Assembly (NCBI GenBank): GCA_963713045.1
Contig: CAVQKE010000001.1
Coordinates: forward strand, 480,001-544,000
Length of the DNA stretch: 64,000 nt
Direction: 5' to 3'
Source of the DNA: an uncultured delta proteobacterium
Lineage (GTDB): Bacteria > Myxococcota > Myxococcia > Myxococcales > Myxococcaceae
In this document: positions 39,551 to 49,838 of the stretch, piece by piece
How positions within the stretch are numbered: the stretch's first letter is position 1
Layout of the letters: each line of letters opens with the position of its first letter
Translations under genes and position numbers: made by a program
Notes under the pieces: model-generated
Databases searched by the model: none
Seen by the model: only the letters and a program-made list of their open reading frames with translations
What the model was told of the DNA's origin: nothing

Positions 39551-40276
39551 ATGAACTTGAAGACCTTGGGGTGGTCGGCGCTGGCCGTCGCCCTGTTGGC
39601 ACCCTTGGCATTGGCCGCAGACCATCAGGACGGGCCTGCCGCCACAGCGGACCCAGCCGCAGACATCACCGACATTCTGGCCTGGATGAGCTCGGACGCG
39701 ACGAAGGTCAACCTGGTGATGAACGTCTATCCGTTCGCCACCAGCACCGCGCAGTTCTCCAACACCGTGCAGTACGTCTTCCACACCTCGAGTCAGCCCG
39801 CTTATGGAGGGACGGTGGGAGGCAGCGTGAACGTCATCTGCACCTTCGACACCTCTCACAACATCAGCTGCTGGGCGGGCACGGAGTACGTCACTGGCAA
39901 TGCCAACCTGTCGTCTGGCTTGAGCAGCGCTGACGGCAAGATGACTGTGTTTGCGGGTCCTCGCGCTGACCCATTTTTCTTCAACCTCGACGGCTTCAAA
40001 AGTGTCGCGGCGGACGTCGCCTCAGCCCTTGCCACCAGCCCTCTCCCCTTCACCGTGAACACCAATGGCTGCCCGGACCTTGGGACGCTGGGGAGCCCCT
40101 CGTCAATTTCCACCGCCTTGGTCAACCAGCTGATGTCCGCGCCGGATGGCGGTCCGCCGATGGACCACTTCGTGGACGCCACCGTTCTCTCCATCGTCGT
40201 CCAACTCGACAAGTCCATCCTCACTGCCGGCGGTCCGGTGGTGAGCGTTTGGGCTGCCACCCACATGTCTCCGTGA
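39551..40276 (+). CDS. Secreted DUF4331-family protein (N-terminal half type)
   Basis: Signal peptide, then ADHQDGP..DPAADITDILAW, LVMNVYP, FS..VQY.FH, VFAGPRADPFFFNL, VLSIVV, VWAAT. Confidence 0.82.
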   Translation: MNLKTLGWSALAVALLAPLALAADHQDGPAATADPAADITDILAWMSSDATKVNLVMNVYPFATSTAQFSNTVQYVFHTSSQPAYGGTVGGSVNVICTFDTSHNISCWAGTEYVTGNANLSSGLSSADGKMTVFAGPRADPFFFNLDGFKSVAADVASALATSPLPFTVNTNGCPDLGTLGSPSSISTALVNQLMSAPDGGPPMDHFVDATVLSIVVQLDKSILTAGGPVVSVWAATHMSP

Positions 40277-40290
40277 GGAACGCCACCACC

Positions 40291-40911
40291 ATGAAACGCA
40301 CCGCGACTCTCCTCGGCTTGCTCGTTCTTGTCGCTTGCAGCAGCAGTAGCACCCCGGACGCCGGAGCTCCGGCCGCGCCGACGCTGGGCACCACCATCGT
40401 CGACCGGATGGGCAGGGCCGGCGTCAATACCGCCTTGACCGACCCATTCAATGACCTCGGCTCGGCCACGCCTCCCTACACCGAGTCTGCGGCCAAGGAC
40501 CATTACAACTCCATCAGCGACCCCACCCAGTGGAGCAGCAATTTCAAGAGCTGGATTGAAAGCAACATCGCCATTCTCGACGGCTTGGACGGCGTCTGCG
40601 GCAACCAGTTCATCTTCAACTTCATGGGGAGCGGCGCTTACAGCACGCTGGCCAGCGTCCTGGTGGATGACCGGCTGTACGTCAACACCGCCAGTGGCAC
40701 GTGCACCACCTACCTGGGAGTGGAAGCCAACTACGTCGGTGTCACCAATACGGACTGCGGTGGACGGACGCCTCTGGAAAACACCATCGATGAGACCTAC
40801 TCCCTGTTGGCGATTGGGGCACTGACTGGCGTCACCAACGGCATCACCTCGAGCGGCACTGCCACCGCCAGCCTCAACGTCTTTCCTTTCCTCCAGCCGC
40901 CCCCGAACTGA
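40291..40911 (+). CDS. Lipoprotein resembling the C-terminal half of DUF4331 proteins
   Basis: Lipobox LVLVAC; VDRMGRAGVNTAL, KDHYN, LVDDRL, CGGRTPL.NTID, FPFL.PP. Confidence 0.75.
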   Translation: MKRTATLLGLLVLVACSSSSTPDAGAPAAPTLGTTIVDRMGRAGVNTALTDPFNDLGSATPPYTESAAKDHYNSISDPTQWSSNFKSWIESNIAILDGLDGVCGNQFIFNFMGSGAYSTLASVLVDDRLYVNTASGTCTTYLGVEANYVGVTNTDCGGRTPLENTIDETYSLLAIGALTGVTNGITSSGTATASLNVFPFLQPPPN

Positions 40912-40915
40912 AAAC

Positions 40916-42142
40916 TTGAAAGCCTCCGACATCGTCGCTTGGGTTCTCTGTCTTTTGGCAGTAGCGAGCTGCCATCGCGCAGCCCCTTCGCCGGGGGAAG
41001 TCGGGGATGCTGTGCGCACCACCGACGGCGCCCTCGCCACGGCCAACCTGGACTCCCTCGTCGAGGCGCACCAGGGCTTGGTCACGCGGGACGCGCGCTG
41101 GGCGGCCCAGCGTGCCGTTCTGGTCGACTTGCTCCAGACGCGAGGGCAACTGCTCGGCCGCCTCGGGGATTATGACCGAGCTCAGGAGGTGGCCCAGGAG
41201 GCTGTGCGCATCGCCCCGCAGCTTCCGGAATCGTGGCTGGCTCGCGCCAGTAACTCCCTCACCTTTCACCGCTTCCAAGACGCGCTCGGGGACCTCGAGG
41301 AAGCCGGCCGCCGCGGCGCCGGCGAGGACGCGGTGCGCGCGCTTCGCGCCTCCGCGCTGCTCGCGGAAGGGAAAACAGACCAGGCGCTCGTGCTCCGCCG
41401 CCAGGCGGTGCAGCGTTGGGCAAACACCTCGAATTTGGCGGCGTTGGCGGTCGCGGAGATGGCCGCCGGGGACCTGGCGCAGGCCGATGCCCACCTGGAC
41501 GCAGCGGCCCGCGTCTACCGTGACTCAGCGCCCTTTGGTTTGGCCTTCATCGACTTCCAACGGGCTCTGCTGGCAGAGGAACAAGGAAATCTCGACCGGG
41601 CGAGCGCTCGCTATCAAGCCGTCCTCCAGCGCCTTCCCGGTCACGTCCAAGCGGCCGTCCACCTGGCAGCTCTCGACCTGGCGCGCGGCGAGGTCGACCG
41701 GGCTGCCCTGCTGCTGCTGCCGTTCGCCCCGGTGGATGACCCCGAAGTGATGGCCCTCCGCGCCGACGTACTCGAGCGGCAGCAACGTCGGGCTGAAGCG
41801 GAGGCCCTCCGACTGCGCGTTGAGGAGCGGTACCGCGCGCTGGTGGCACGCCACCCAGAAGCATTCGCCGACCATGCAGCGCGCTTCCTGCTGATGCGGG
41901 ATGCACCGCGTGCTCTGGCCTTGGCTCGACTCAACCTCGCCGTGCGACAGACGCCTGCGGCCTATGACTTGGCCCTATCCGCGGCCCAAGCCGAGGGCAA
42001 CTCGGCGCTGCGCTGCGAATTCGCCAAGCAGGCCCAAGGGCTGCCCCACCCGACCGCTCGGCTTCGCGCCCTCGCCCTCAGTGGCCTCGCTGGCTGTCCG
42101 GTTGCGCTGCTTCCTGGCCTTGTGGGCCCGTTGTCGCGTTAA
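40916..42142 (+). CDS. TPR-repeat lipoprotein
   Basis: LAVASC lipobox; Ala/Leu-rich helical repeats ([40 protein letters not shown]); [12 protein letters not shown]. Confidence 0.8.
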   Translation: MKASDIVAWVLCLLAVASCHRAAPSPGEVGDAVRTTDGALATANLDSLVEAHQGLVTRDARWAAQRAVLVDLLQTRGQLLGRLGDYDRAQEVAQEAVRIAPQLPESWLARASNSLTFHRFQDALGDLEEAGRRGAGEDAVRALRASALLAEGKTDQALVLRRQAVQRWANTSNLAALAVAEMAAGDLAQADAHLDAAARVYRDSAPFGLAFIDFQRALLAEEQGNLDRASARYQAVLQRLPGHVQAAVHLAALDLARGEVDRAALLLLPFAPVDDPEVMALRADVLERQQRRAEAEALRLRVEERYRALVARHPEAFADHAARFLLMRDAPRALALARLNLAVRQTPAAYDLALSAAQAEGNSALRCEFAKQAQGLPHPTARLRALALSGLAGCPVALLPGLVGPLSR

Positions 42143-42146
42143 CCGC

Positions 42147-42164
42147 GGGGCCCCAAAAGGCCCC
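42147..42164 (+). terminator. GC hairpin after the TPR gene
   Basis: GGGGCC-ccaaaa-GGCCCC just after the stop; no U-tract, so only tentative. Confidence 0.3.
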
Positions 42165-42377
42165 CGTCTCGAGTCTCGCGCCGCACGACGCACCGCGGTA
42201 ACCGCGCGCCGTGCTTGCGAGGCGTTCCAGCAGAGGACTACAAGTCCGCCTCGGTCGAAGCGCCCGCTCACCGCAATTGCTTCTGGCGCGCGGGTTAGTG
42301 GTCGTCCTGTTGTCGGTCTGCCGTCTTGCGAGGCCATTCCCAGCGCACCGCGCTGGGTTGCCTCAGGGAGAGCAAAC

Positions 42378-44024
42378 GTGACCTGGCCGCAAAATTACGA
42401 CCCTCTGGGTAACCTATTTCTTTCGGCGCTGGTGGCGGCCATCCCCGTCATCGTCCTGTTGGGTTCCCTGGCGTTCTTCCACGTCCGCGCGCACATCGCC
42501 GCGCTTCTCGGTTTGGGGGCGGCGCTGTTGGTTGCACTTTTCGTCTACCACATGCCGGCGTCGATGGGTTTCGCAGCCGCGTTCAACGGGGCGCTGTTCG
42601 GACTGATGCCCATTGGCTGGATCGTCCTGAACGCCATTTTCGTCTACGACGTCTCGGTTAAGACCGGGAAATTCGAGATTGTGAAGGAGACCATCGCCGG
42701 CTTGGCCAGCGACCGCCGCATTCAGATTTTGCTGATTGGCTTTTCCTTCGGTGCCTTCATCGAAGGGGCCGCCGGATTCGGAACGCCGGTCGCCATTTGT
42801 GCGGCCATGCTCATCGGTCTCGGCTTCAAGCCCCTGGCCGCCGCCGGGCTGTCGCTGATTGGAAACACGGCGCCGGTCGCGTTTGGCGCGTTGGGCACTC
42901 CGGTCATCACCCTGGCCAAGGTCACCGGCCTTCCGGAAAACCTTCTCAGTGCGATGGTGGGAAGGCAGCTGCCGTTTTTTTCGCTCATCGTCCCTTTCTG
43001 GCTGGTGTGGGCGATGGCTGGGTTCGCGGGGATGGTCGAGGTCTGGCCTGCTTGTCTTGTGGCCGGAGTCTTTTTCGCCGTTCCCCAATTCCTGGTCAGC
43101 AATTTCCATGGCCCGGCGCTGGTGGACATCATCGCGTCCTTGGTCAGCATCATCGCGACGTACGGCCTCTTGAAGTTCTGGCAGCCGAAGCGGATTTGGC
43201 GCTTCGAAGGGGAGCACGACGGCGTCGAGGGGTTGAAGAAACACTCGAGGGCTGAGGCTTGGAAGGCTTGGATGCCGTGGGTCATTCTCTCGGCGTTGGT
43301 GGGCATCTGGGGCACCACCACCGTGAAGGACCTGCTGAACAAGTCGTTTGGAGGCGTTTTCGCCCCCAAGTGGGCCATCCCTGGCCTCCACAACTTGGTC
43401 CTGCGAATGGCCCCGCTGGTTCCCAAGCCCACGCCCGAGGGGGCCATCTACACCTTCAACTACCTGTCGGCGACGGGAACTGCGCTGTTGCTGACCGGCA
43501 TCATTTCGGGACTGCTCCTCGGCCTCAACTTCGGAAAACTCCTCCGCATTTACGCGGGAACCCTCCACCGGGTGCGGTATTCACTTCTGACCATCGCCGC
43601 GATGTTGGCGCTGGGTTTCGTCACCCGTTATTCCGGCTCGGACTCCACCATGGGATTGGCCTTCGCGACCACCGGGAAACTGTTCCCCTTCTTTGCGGCC
43701 CTCGTTGGCTGGCTCGGGGTGGCGCTGACCGGCAGCGACACCGCTTCGAACGTCCTCTTTGGCAACCTCCAAAAAGTCAGCGCGCAAGCCCTTGGCCTCA
43801 ACCCCATCCTCACCGCCGCCGCAAACAGTTCGGGCGGCGTGATGGGGAAGATGATTGACGCGCAAAGCATCGTGGTTGCCGGTGTCGCCACCGGCCAGGT
43901 TGGCCAGGAAGGCACCATCCTCCGCTACGTCTTCTTCCATTCCCTAGCCCTGGCAGTCTTGGTGGGAATCCTGGTCTACCTCCAGGCCTACGTCTTCCCG
44001 GGCATGGTTCCGCCGTACCCGTAA
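42378..44024 (+). CDS. LctP-family permease; probably a glycolate permease from context
   Basis: [77 protein letters not shown] 42378 after GGGAG. Confidence 0.93.
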   Translation: MTWPQNYDPLGNLFLSALVAAIPVIVLLGSLAFFHVRAHIAALLGLGAALLVALFVYHMPASMGFAAAFNGALFGLMPIGWIVLNAIFVYDVSVKTGKFEIVKETIAGLASDRRIQILLIGFSFGAFIEGAAGFGTPVAICAAMLIGLGFKPLAAAGLSLIGNTAPVAFGALGTPVITLAKVTGLPENLLSAMVGRQLPFFSLIVPFWLVWAMAGFAGMVEVWPACLVAGVFFAVPQFLVSNFHGPALVDIIASLVSIIATYGLLKFWQPKRIWRFEGEHDGVEGLKKHSRAEAWKAWMPWVILSALVGIWGTTTVKDLLNKSFGGVFAPKWAIPGLHNLVLRMAPLVPKPTPEGAIYTFNYLSATGTALLLTGIISGLLLGLNFGKLLRIYAGTLHRVRYSLLTIAAMLALGFVTRYSGSDSTMGLAFATTGKLFPFFAALVGWLGVALTGSDTASNVLFGNLQKVSAQALGLNPILTAAANSSGGVMGKMIDAQSIVVAGVATGQVGQEGTILRYVFFHSLALAVLVGILVYLQAYVFPGMVPPYP

Positions 44025-44033
44025 GGTTTCGCC

Positions 44034-45599
44034 ATGTCGCTGCAGGTCCTGACCGCCGCTCCACAGGGCACCGAGAAGGTGCTCAGCCGCGAAGCGCTCG
44101 CCTTCATTGAGGCGCTTCACCGGGAATTCAACCCGACCCGCGAGCAGCTGCTCGCCCGCCGTCTTGAGCGGCAGAAGACATTCGACGCCGGGACGTCTCC
44201 CGACTTCCTGCCCGAAACCAAGTCCATCCGCGGCGGAGACTGGAAGGTGGCCCCGACGCCGAGCGATTTGCAAAAGCGCCGAGTGGAGATTACCGGCCCG
44301 GCTGAAGCCAAGATGATGATTAACGCGCTCAACTCGGGCGCATCCGTCTTCATGGCCGACTTTGAGGACTCGCTCTCGCCCTCCTGGCGTAACGTCCTCG
44401 CCGGGCAGCAAGCCTGCTCCGAAGCCGTCCGGCGTACGCTGACCTTCACCAGCCCGGAGGGGAAGCGCTATGCGCTCGCCGACAGGACGGCGACGCTGCT
44501 GGTGCGTCCCAGGGGCTGGCACCTTCCTGAAAAGCACATCACCGTCGACGGGAGGCTCATCAGCGCCAGCCTGTTCGACTTCGGGTTGTACTTCTTTCAC
44601 AACGCGCGGGAACTCATCAACCGCGGCTCCGGGCCTTACTTCTATCTTCCGAAAATGGAGAGCCACCTCGAGGCTCGGCTCTGGAATGACGTCTTTCGCG
44701 CGGCGCAACAGGCGCTGAAGATTCCGCAGGGCACCATTCGGGCCACGGTCCTCATCGAGACGCTCCCGGCGGCCTTCGAAATGGAGGAGATTCTGTACGA
44801 GTTGCGAGAGCACGCGAGCGGCCTCAACGCCGGTCGCTGGGACTACATGTTCTCGTTCATCAAGAAGTTCCGAAACCGGAAGGACAAGGTGCTGCCGGAC
44901 CGAGTGCAAGTGGCGATGACGGTGCCGTTCCTGCGGGCCTACACCGAGCTGCTGGTGAAGAGCTGCCACCGTCACGACGCACACGCCATGGGCGGCATGT
45001 CACCCTTCATTCCCAACCGGAAGAATCCAGAGGTCAACGACAAGGCCTTGGCCAAGGTGCGCGAGGACAAGCTGCGAGAGGTGAACGACGGCTTCGACGG
45101 CACCTGGGTGGCCCATCCGGACCTGGTCCCGGTGGCAATGGAAGTCTTCGACCAAGTGCTTGGAGAACGCCCTCACCAAAAGGAGAGGAGTCGCGGCGAG
45201 GTCCGCGTAACCGCCGCCCAGCTGGTGGACCCGACCGTTCCCGGAGGACAAATTACCGAGGCCGGCTTCCGCCTCAATGTTGAGGTGGCGCTCCAGTACC
45301 TCAACCAGTGGCTTCTGGAGAATGGTGCCGCCGCCATCCACAACCTGATGGAGGACGCCGCCACCGCCGAAATCTCCCGCGCCCAGCTTTGGCAATGGAT
45401 TCGCCATGGAGCGTCTTTGGCCGACGGTCGGCCAGCGACGCGCGCCCTGTACCAGACCATCCGCGCCGAGGAGCTGGCCAAGCTGGGGGGTCCGGAGGCG
45501 GCACGTTACCGGGATGCGGCGGCTCTCCTCGACAAGATGGTGCTTTCCGAAGAGTTTCCTGACTTCCTCACCCTTCCCGCCTACGCGCTGCTCGACTAG
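44034..45599 (+). CDS. aceB: Malate synthase A
   Basis: [71 protein letters not shown]. Confidence 0.97.
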   Translation: MSLQVLTAAPQGTEKVLSREALAFIEALHREFNPTREQLLARRLERQKTFDAGTSPDFLPETKSIRGGDWKVAPTPSDLQKRRVEITGPAEAKMMINALNSGASVFMADFEDSLSPSWRNVLAGQQACSEAVRRTLTFTSPEGKRYALADRTATLLVRPRGWHLPEKHITVDGRLISASLFDFGLYFFHNARELINRGSGPYFYLPKMESHLEARLWNDVFRAAQQALKIPQGTIRATVLIETLPAAFEMEEILYELREHASGLNAGRWDYMFSFIKKFRNRKDKVLPDRVQVAMTVPFLRAYTELLVKSCHRHDAHAMGGMSPFIPNRKNPEVNDKALAKVREDKLREVNDGFDGTWVAHPDLVPVAMEVFDQVLGERPHQKERSRGEVRVTAAQLVDPTVPGGQITEAGFRLNVEVALQYLNQWLLENGAAAIHNLMEDAATAEISRAQLWQWIRHGASLADGRPATRALYQTIRAEELAKLGGPEAARYRDAAALLDKMVLSEEFPDFLTLPAYALLD

Positions 45600-45617
45600 C
45601 GCGGGAGCCGCCTTCCC

Positions 45618-47117
45618 GTGTCGTCCCCCTCCGTCGTCTCCGCCGTCACGCCGACGCCCTCCCGTCCGGTCAACGCGTGGGTGTCGGCGCAACTGGCGAC
45701 CATCGTTGGTACCAAGCACGTCCTGTCGGACCCCGGGGCCCTTCGCACCTACGCCAGCGACGCGCTGGCCACTTTCGCCGTCGAGCCGGGCGTGGTGGTG
45801 CTGCCGGCGTCCACCGAGGAAGTGGTGGAGGTGGTGAAGGTGGCGCGGGCGGCCGGGCTTCCCGTGGTTCCGCGGGGTTCAGGGACTGGGCTCTCCGGCG
45901 GCGCCCTGCCGGTGCCAGGCTGCATCCTGGTGGGGATGGCCAGGATGAACCGGATTCTGGAGGTTGACTTGGCCAACCGCTGGATGCGGGTCCAGCCAGG
46001 CGTCATCAACCTCGACGTCAGCAAACGCATTGCCCCGGAGGGCTACTACTACGCACCGGACCCGTCGTCGCAGAGCGTCTGCACCATCGGCGGAAACGTG
46101 GCCGAGAATTCCGGCGGGGCGCACTGCCTGAAGTACGGCTTCACCGTGAACCACGTCCTCGCCGCCCGACTGGTGACGTACGACGGCACGGTGGCCGAAC
46201 TGGGGTCACCGGTGCCGGACACCCCGGGCTTCGACATGCTCGGGGTGGTGGTCGGAAGCGAAGGCCTTTTGGGCATCGTCACCGAAGTCACCTTGCGCCT
46301 TTTGCGCAAGCCCGAAGCCACCCGGACCTTCTTTGCCACCTTCCCCTCCACCACCGAAGCTGGGCACTGCGTCTCGGAAATTATTGGGTCGGGCATCATT
46401 CCGGCAGCCATCGAAATGATGGACCGCCTGGCCATCGAAGCCGCCAAGGCCGCCACCGGGCTGGACTGGCCGGACGTCGGCGCAGCCCTCCTGATGGACG
46501 TGGACGGTCCACTGGCCGAGGCCGAGCACACGTCGCAGAAAGCGGTCGAATTCGCGCGCCGCACCGGGGCGCTTGAGGTCCGCGTCCCAAGGGACGAGGC
46601 CGAGCGGATGTTGATGTGGAAGGGCAGAAAGAGTGCCTTCGCTGCCGTGGGGCGCATCAGCCCGAACTACATTGTCCAGGACGGCGTCATCCCGCGCACC
46701 GCCATTGCGGAGGTGCTGGCTGAGATTAGCCGCTTGTCCTTGAAGGACGGGCTTCGGGTGGCCAACGTCTTTCACGCCGGTGACGGCAACCTGCACCCGC
46801 TGGTCCTCTTCGACGCCAAGCTTCCCGGCGAGGAGCAACGGGCAGAGGCGCTGGCGGGCGAAATTCTCCGCATCTGCCTGCGCCACGGCGGCTCCATCAC
46901 CGGTGAGCACGGCGTCGGCGCAGACAAGGCAGTCTACATGGGGGAGATGTTCACCGAGGCTGACCTCGACACCATGGCCCAGGTGCGCTGCGCGTTTGAC
47001 CCGGAGCAGCGCTTCAACCCGGGCAAGGTGTTTCCCACCCCCAGGTTGTGCGGGGACCGGCCCGGACTCTACCGGCCTCACCCCGCCGAGGCCTCCGGCC
47101 TGGCGGAGCGCGTCTGA
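45618..47117 (+). CDS. glcD: Glycolate oxidase FAD subunit GlcD
   Basis: PRGSGTGLSGGA, YAPDPSSQ..CTIGGNVAENSGG.HCLKYG, GSEG.LG, FHAGDGNLHP, GEHGVG, NPGKVFP. Confidence 0.94.
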   Translation: MSSPSVVSAVTPTPSRPVNAWVSAQLATIVGTKHVLSDPGALRTYASDALATFAVEPGVVVLPASTEEVVEVVKVARAAGLPVVPRGSGTGLSGGALPVPGCILVGMARMNRILEVDLANRWMRVQPGVINLDVSKRIAPEGYYYAPDPSSQSVCTIGGNVAENSGGAHCLKYGFTVNHVLAARLVTYDGTVAELGSPVPDTPGFDMLGVVVGSEGLLGIVTEVTLRLLRKPEATRTFFATFPSTTEAGHCVSEIIGSGIIPAAIEMMDRLAIEAAKAATGLDWPDVGAALLMDVDGPLAEAEHTSQKAVEFARRTGALEVRVPRDEAERMLMWKGRKSAFAAVGRISPNYIVQDGVIPRTAIAEVLAEISRLSLKDGLRVANVFHAGDGNLHPLVLFDAKLPGEEQRAEALAGEILRICLRHGGSITGEHGVGADKAVYMGEMFTEADLDTMAQVRCAFDPEQRFNPGKVFPTPRLCGDRPGLYRPHPAEASGLAERV

Positions 47118-48352
47118 TGGCCGCCAGGGCGATGCCTGGCACGCCCTCCGAGGCGGTGCTCGGCGTCCAGCCGACACGCGTCTACCGGCCCGACACGCTG
47201 GATGAGGCCGAGGAGGCCATCCGTGAGAGCGCCCAGGACGGCCTGCGGTTGGCCTTCGTCGGAGGCGGCACGGAGTTGGAGCTCGGCGCGCCGCCCTCCG
47301 CTTTGGACGCCGTCCTCTGCACGCTGGGCCTGTCCCGGATTGTGGAGTACGCCCCCCTCGACCAGATTGTGACGGTGGAGTCGGGGGTTCGGCTGGCCGT
47401 GCTGCAGGCGCGGCTGCGCGAGAAGCGCCAGATGCTGGCCCTGGACCCGCCCTGGGCAGAGCGCGCGACAGTCGGCGGAATCGTCGCCACCAACGCCTTT
47501 GGGCCCCGCCGGACGCGCTACGGCAGCGTGCGCGACCTCCTCATTGGCATCACGCTGTTCCGCGCCGACGGGACACGGGCCAAAGCTGGGGGCAAAGTCG
47601 TCAAGAACGTCGCTGGCTTTGACTTGCCCAAGCTGATGGCCGGCTCACTCGGTAGCCTCGGCCTCATCGGCACTTTGACGTTTCGCGTTCACCCGCTTCC
47701 CGAGGCCTCCAGCACCGTCGTCTTCCCCCGCGCAGCTCCGCAGACGCTGGGACGCGTGGTGGAGGAGATGCGCGCGGCCCAATTGGAACCGGCCGCCGTG
47801 GCGGCTCTGTGGAGCGAAGCCGGCTTGGACTTGGGCTGCCGCTTCGAGGGCTTTGAGGCCGGGGTGCGTCAGCAGCGAACTCGGCTCGAGTCGCTGGCTC
47901 GCACCCTGGAACTTCCAGCGGAGGTGCTCGACGGCTCTGCGGCGGATGGCTTCTGGAGTCGACAGACTTCGGTGCGCGAGGCCCCGGCCACGGTGCGGGC
48001 CAAAATTTCTTCCCTTCCCAGCGAATTGCCGCGCGTCGCGGCCCAGCTCTGGCCCCAGCTGTGCCAGGCCCTCCACGCCCCGCGGGCAGTCTTTTACCCG
48101 ACGCTGGGCCTCTCCTTCGTCGCCGGAAACATGCGCGACGCAGGCGCTCTCGCCCTGGCCATTGCTCGCTCCCGCGAGGCGCTGGCAGCCAGAGGGGGTC
48201 ACCTCGTCCTCCACGCCGCTCCAGCCGAGTTGCGCGCTCGCACCGACGTCTGGGGGCCCGCTCCGGCTGCCGCCTTCCTTTTTCGACGGGTGAAGGATGC
48301 CCTCGACCCCGAGCATCGACTCGCCGCCGGCCGCTTGGTGGGAGGACTGTAG
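47117..48352 (+). CDS. glcE: Glycolate oxidase subunit GlcE
   Basis: GGGT, ATVGG, GPRR.RYG..RD, GGKVVKNVAGFDL.KL..GSLG.LG, K.ALDP; TGATG overlap with glcD. Confidence 0.93.
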   Translation: MAARAMPGTPSEAVLGVQPTRVYRPDTLDEAEEAIRESAQDGLRLAFVGGGTELELGAPPSALDAVLCTLGLSRIVEYAPLDQIVTVESGVRLAVLQARLREKRQMLALDPPWAERATVGGIVATNAFGPRRTRYGSVRDLLIGITLFRADGTRAKAGGKVVKNVAGFDLPKLMAGSLGSLGLIGTLTFRVHPLPEASSTVVFPRAAPQTLGRVVEEMRAAQLEPAAVAALWSEAGLDLGCRFEGFEAGVRQQRTRLESLARTLELPAEVLDGSAADGFWSRQTSVREAPATVRAKISSLPSELPRVAAQLWPQLCQALHAPRAVFYPTLGLSFVAGNMRDAGALALAIARSREALAARGGHLVLHAAPAELRARTDVWGPAPAAAFLFRRVKDALDPEHRLAAGRLVGGL

Positions 48353-48356
48353 CGCC

Positions 48357-49838
48357 ATGGCGCAACGCGAATTACTCGACGACTGCGTCCACTGCGGCTT
48401 CTGCCTACCGCATTGCCCCACCTACCAGTCCTGGGGCGAGGAGATGGACAGCCCCCGCGGCCGGATAGATTTGATGAAGGGCCTCCGCAGCGGCCAGGTT
48501 TCCCTCACCGGGGAGGTGGTGGGCTACTTCGACCGCTGCCTCGGCTGCTTGGCGTGCGTCACCGCCTGCCCGTCCGGAGTGCAGTACGGAACCCTCATCG
48601 AAGAGACCCGGGCACGCGTGGAATCCGCCCACCCGCGGGGCCTTGCCGACCGGGCCTTCCGGGGGCTGGTCTTTTGGCTTTTCCCACACCCAGCACGGCT
48701 CCGCGCGATGCTGCTGCCACTGTGGCTCTACATCGCCTCGGGGCTTCGGCGGCTGGTCCACATGACCGGCTTGTTTCAGCTGCTGCCAGAACGCTTGCGG
48801 CAGTTGGAGGCGATGCTGCCGGAGGTGCGTTGGGCCCACCTGCGGGCGACGCTGCCGCCGCACGTTCCAGCCCAGGGACAAAGGCGCGCCACTGTCGGGC
48901 TGGTCGCGGGCTGCGTCCAGCGCGTCTTCTTTCCGTCGGTGAATGAGGCCACGGTGCGCGTGCTGGCTGCCGAGGGCTGCGAGGTCCGCATTCCGGCGCA
49001 AGGCTGCTGTGGCGCGCTCAGCCTCCACACCGGCCGCGCGACCGAGGGGCTGGCTCTGGCGCGCGCCCTCATCGAGCGCTTTGAAAATACCGGCGTGGAC
49101 ACCGTTGTCATCAACTCGGCCGGCTGTGGCAGCGTCCTCAAGGACTATGGCCGTCTGTTGGCCGGGGATTTGGCCTGGGCTCAACGGGCGCGCGCCTTCA
49201 GCGCCAAGGTCCGCGACGTCCACGAGTTTCTGGCCGCCCTCGGACCGCGCGCCCTTCGTCACCCGGTGCACGCCCGGGTGGCCTACCACGACGCCTGTCA
49301 CCTCGCGCACGGTCAAGGCATTCGAGCGCAGCCGCGGGAGCTGCTGCGTGCCATCCCCGGCGTGGAGTTGCTGGAGATTCCGGACGGAGACACCTGCTGC
49401 GGAAGCGCGGGAACCTACAACCTGATGGAGCCCGCGAGCGCCGCTGAAATCGGCAAACGCAAGGTCGCCAACGTCCTCGGGACGGGCTGTCAACTGTTGG
49501 CCAGTGCGAACCCGGGGTGCACGCTGCAAATTCAGAAGTTGGTCCGTGACCAGGGCAGGCAGCTGGCAGCCGCACATCCCATCGAGATTCTCGATGCCTC
49601 GCTTCGTGGCGCGGCACTCAACCCCGGCTCCCCCACCGCTTCCACTCAATCCAAGGCGCACACCCCACCGTCGGTGGCAGGGGTGCAGGGGATGGCGCAC
49701 AGGCCCCCGTCGGCGCCCGCCGGCGCGACACATTCAATGCAGGTCCCAGCATCCGCCAGGGGGACCTCCGCACTGACCAGACAGGTGGAAAGGGAGTTGG
49801 TGCCGCTGATTTGCGTCCCATTGACGACTGCTGTGTAG
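48357..49838 (+). CDS. glcF: Glycolate oxidase Fe-S subunit GlcF with a C-terminal extension
   Basis: CVHCGFCLPHCPTY, DSPRGRI, CLGCLACVTACPSGV, CCGA, YHDACHL.H, CCGSAG.YN, NPGC.LQ, HPIE. Confidence 0.94.
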   Translation: MAQRELLDDCVHCGFCLPHCPTYQSWGEEMDSPRGRIDLMKGLRSGQVSLTGEVVGYFDRCLGCLACVTACPSGVQYGTLIEETRARVESAHPRGLADRAFRGLVFWLFPHPARLRAMLLPLWLYIASGLRRLVHMTGLFQLLPERLRQLEAMLPEVRWAHLRATLPPHVPAQGQRRATVGLVAGCVQRVFFPSVNEATVRVLAAEGCEVRIPAQGCCGALSLHTGRATEGLALARALIERFENTGVDTVVINSAGCGSVLKDYGRLLAGDLAWAQRARAFSAKVRDVHEFLAALGPRALRHPVHARVAYHDACHLAHGQGIRAQPRELLRAIPGVELLEIPDGDTCCGSAGTYNLMEPASAAEIGKRKVANVLGTGCQLLASANPGCTLQIQKLVRDQGRQLAAAHPIEILDASLRGAALNPGSPTASTQSKAHTPPSVAGVQGMAHRPPSAPAGATHSMQVPASARGTSALTRQVERELVPLICVPLTTAV

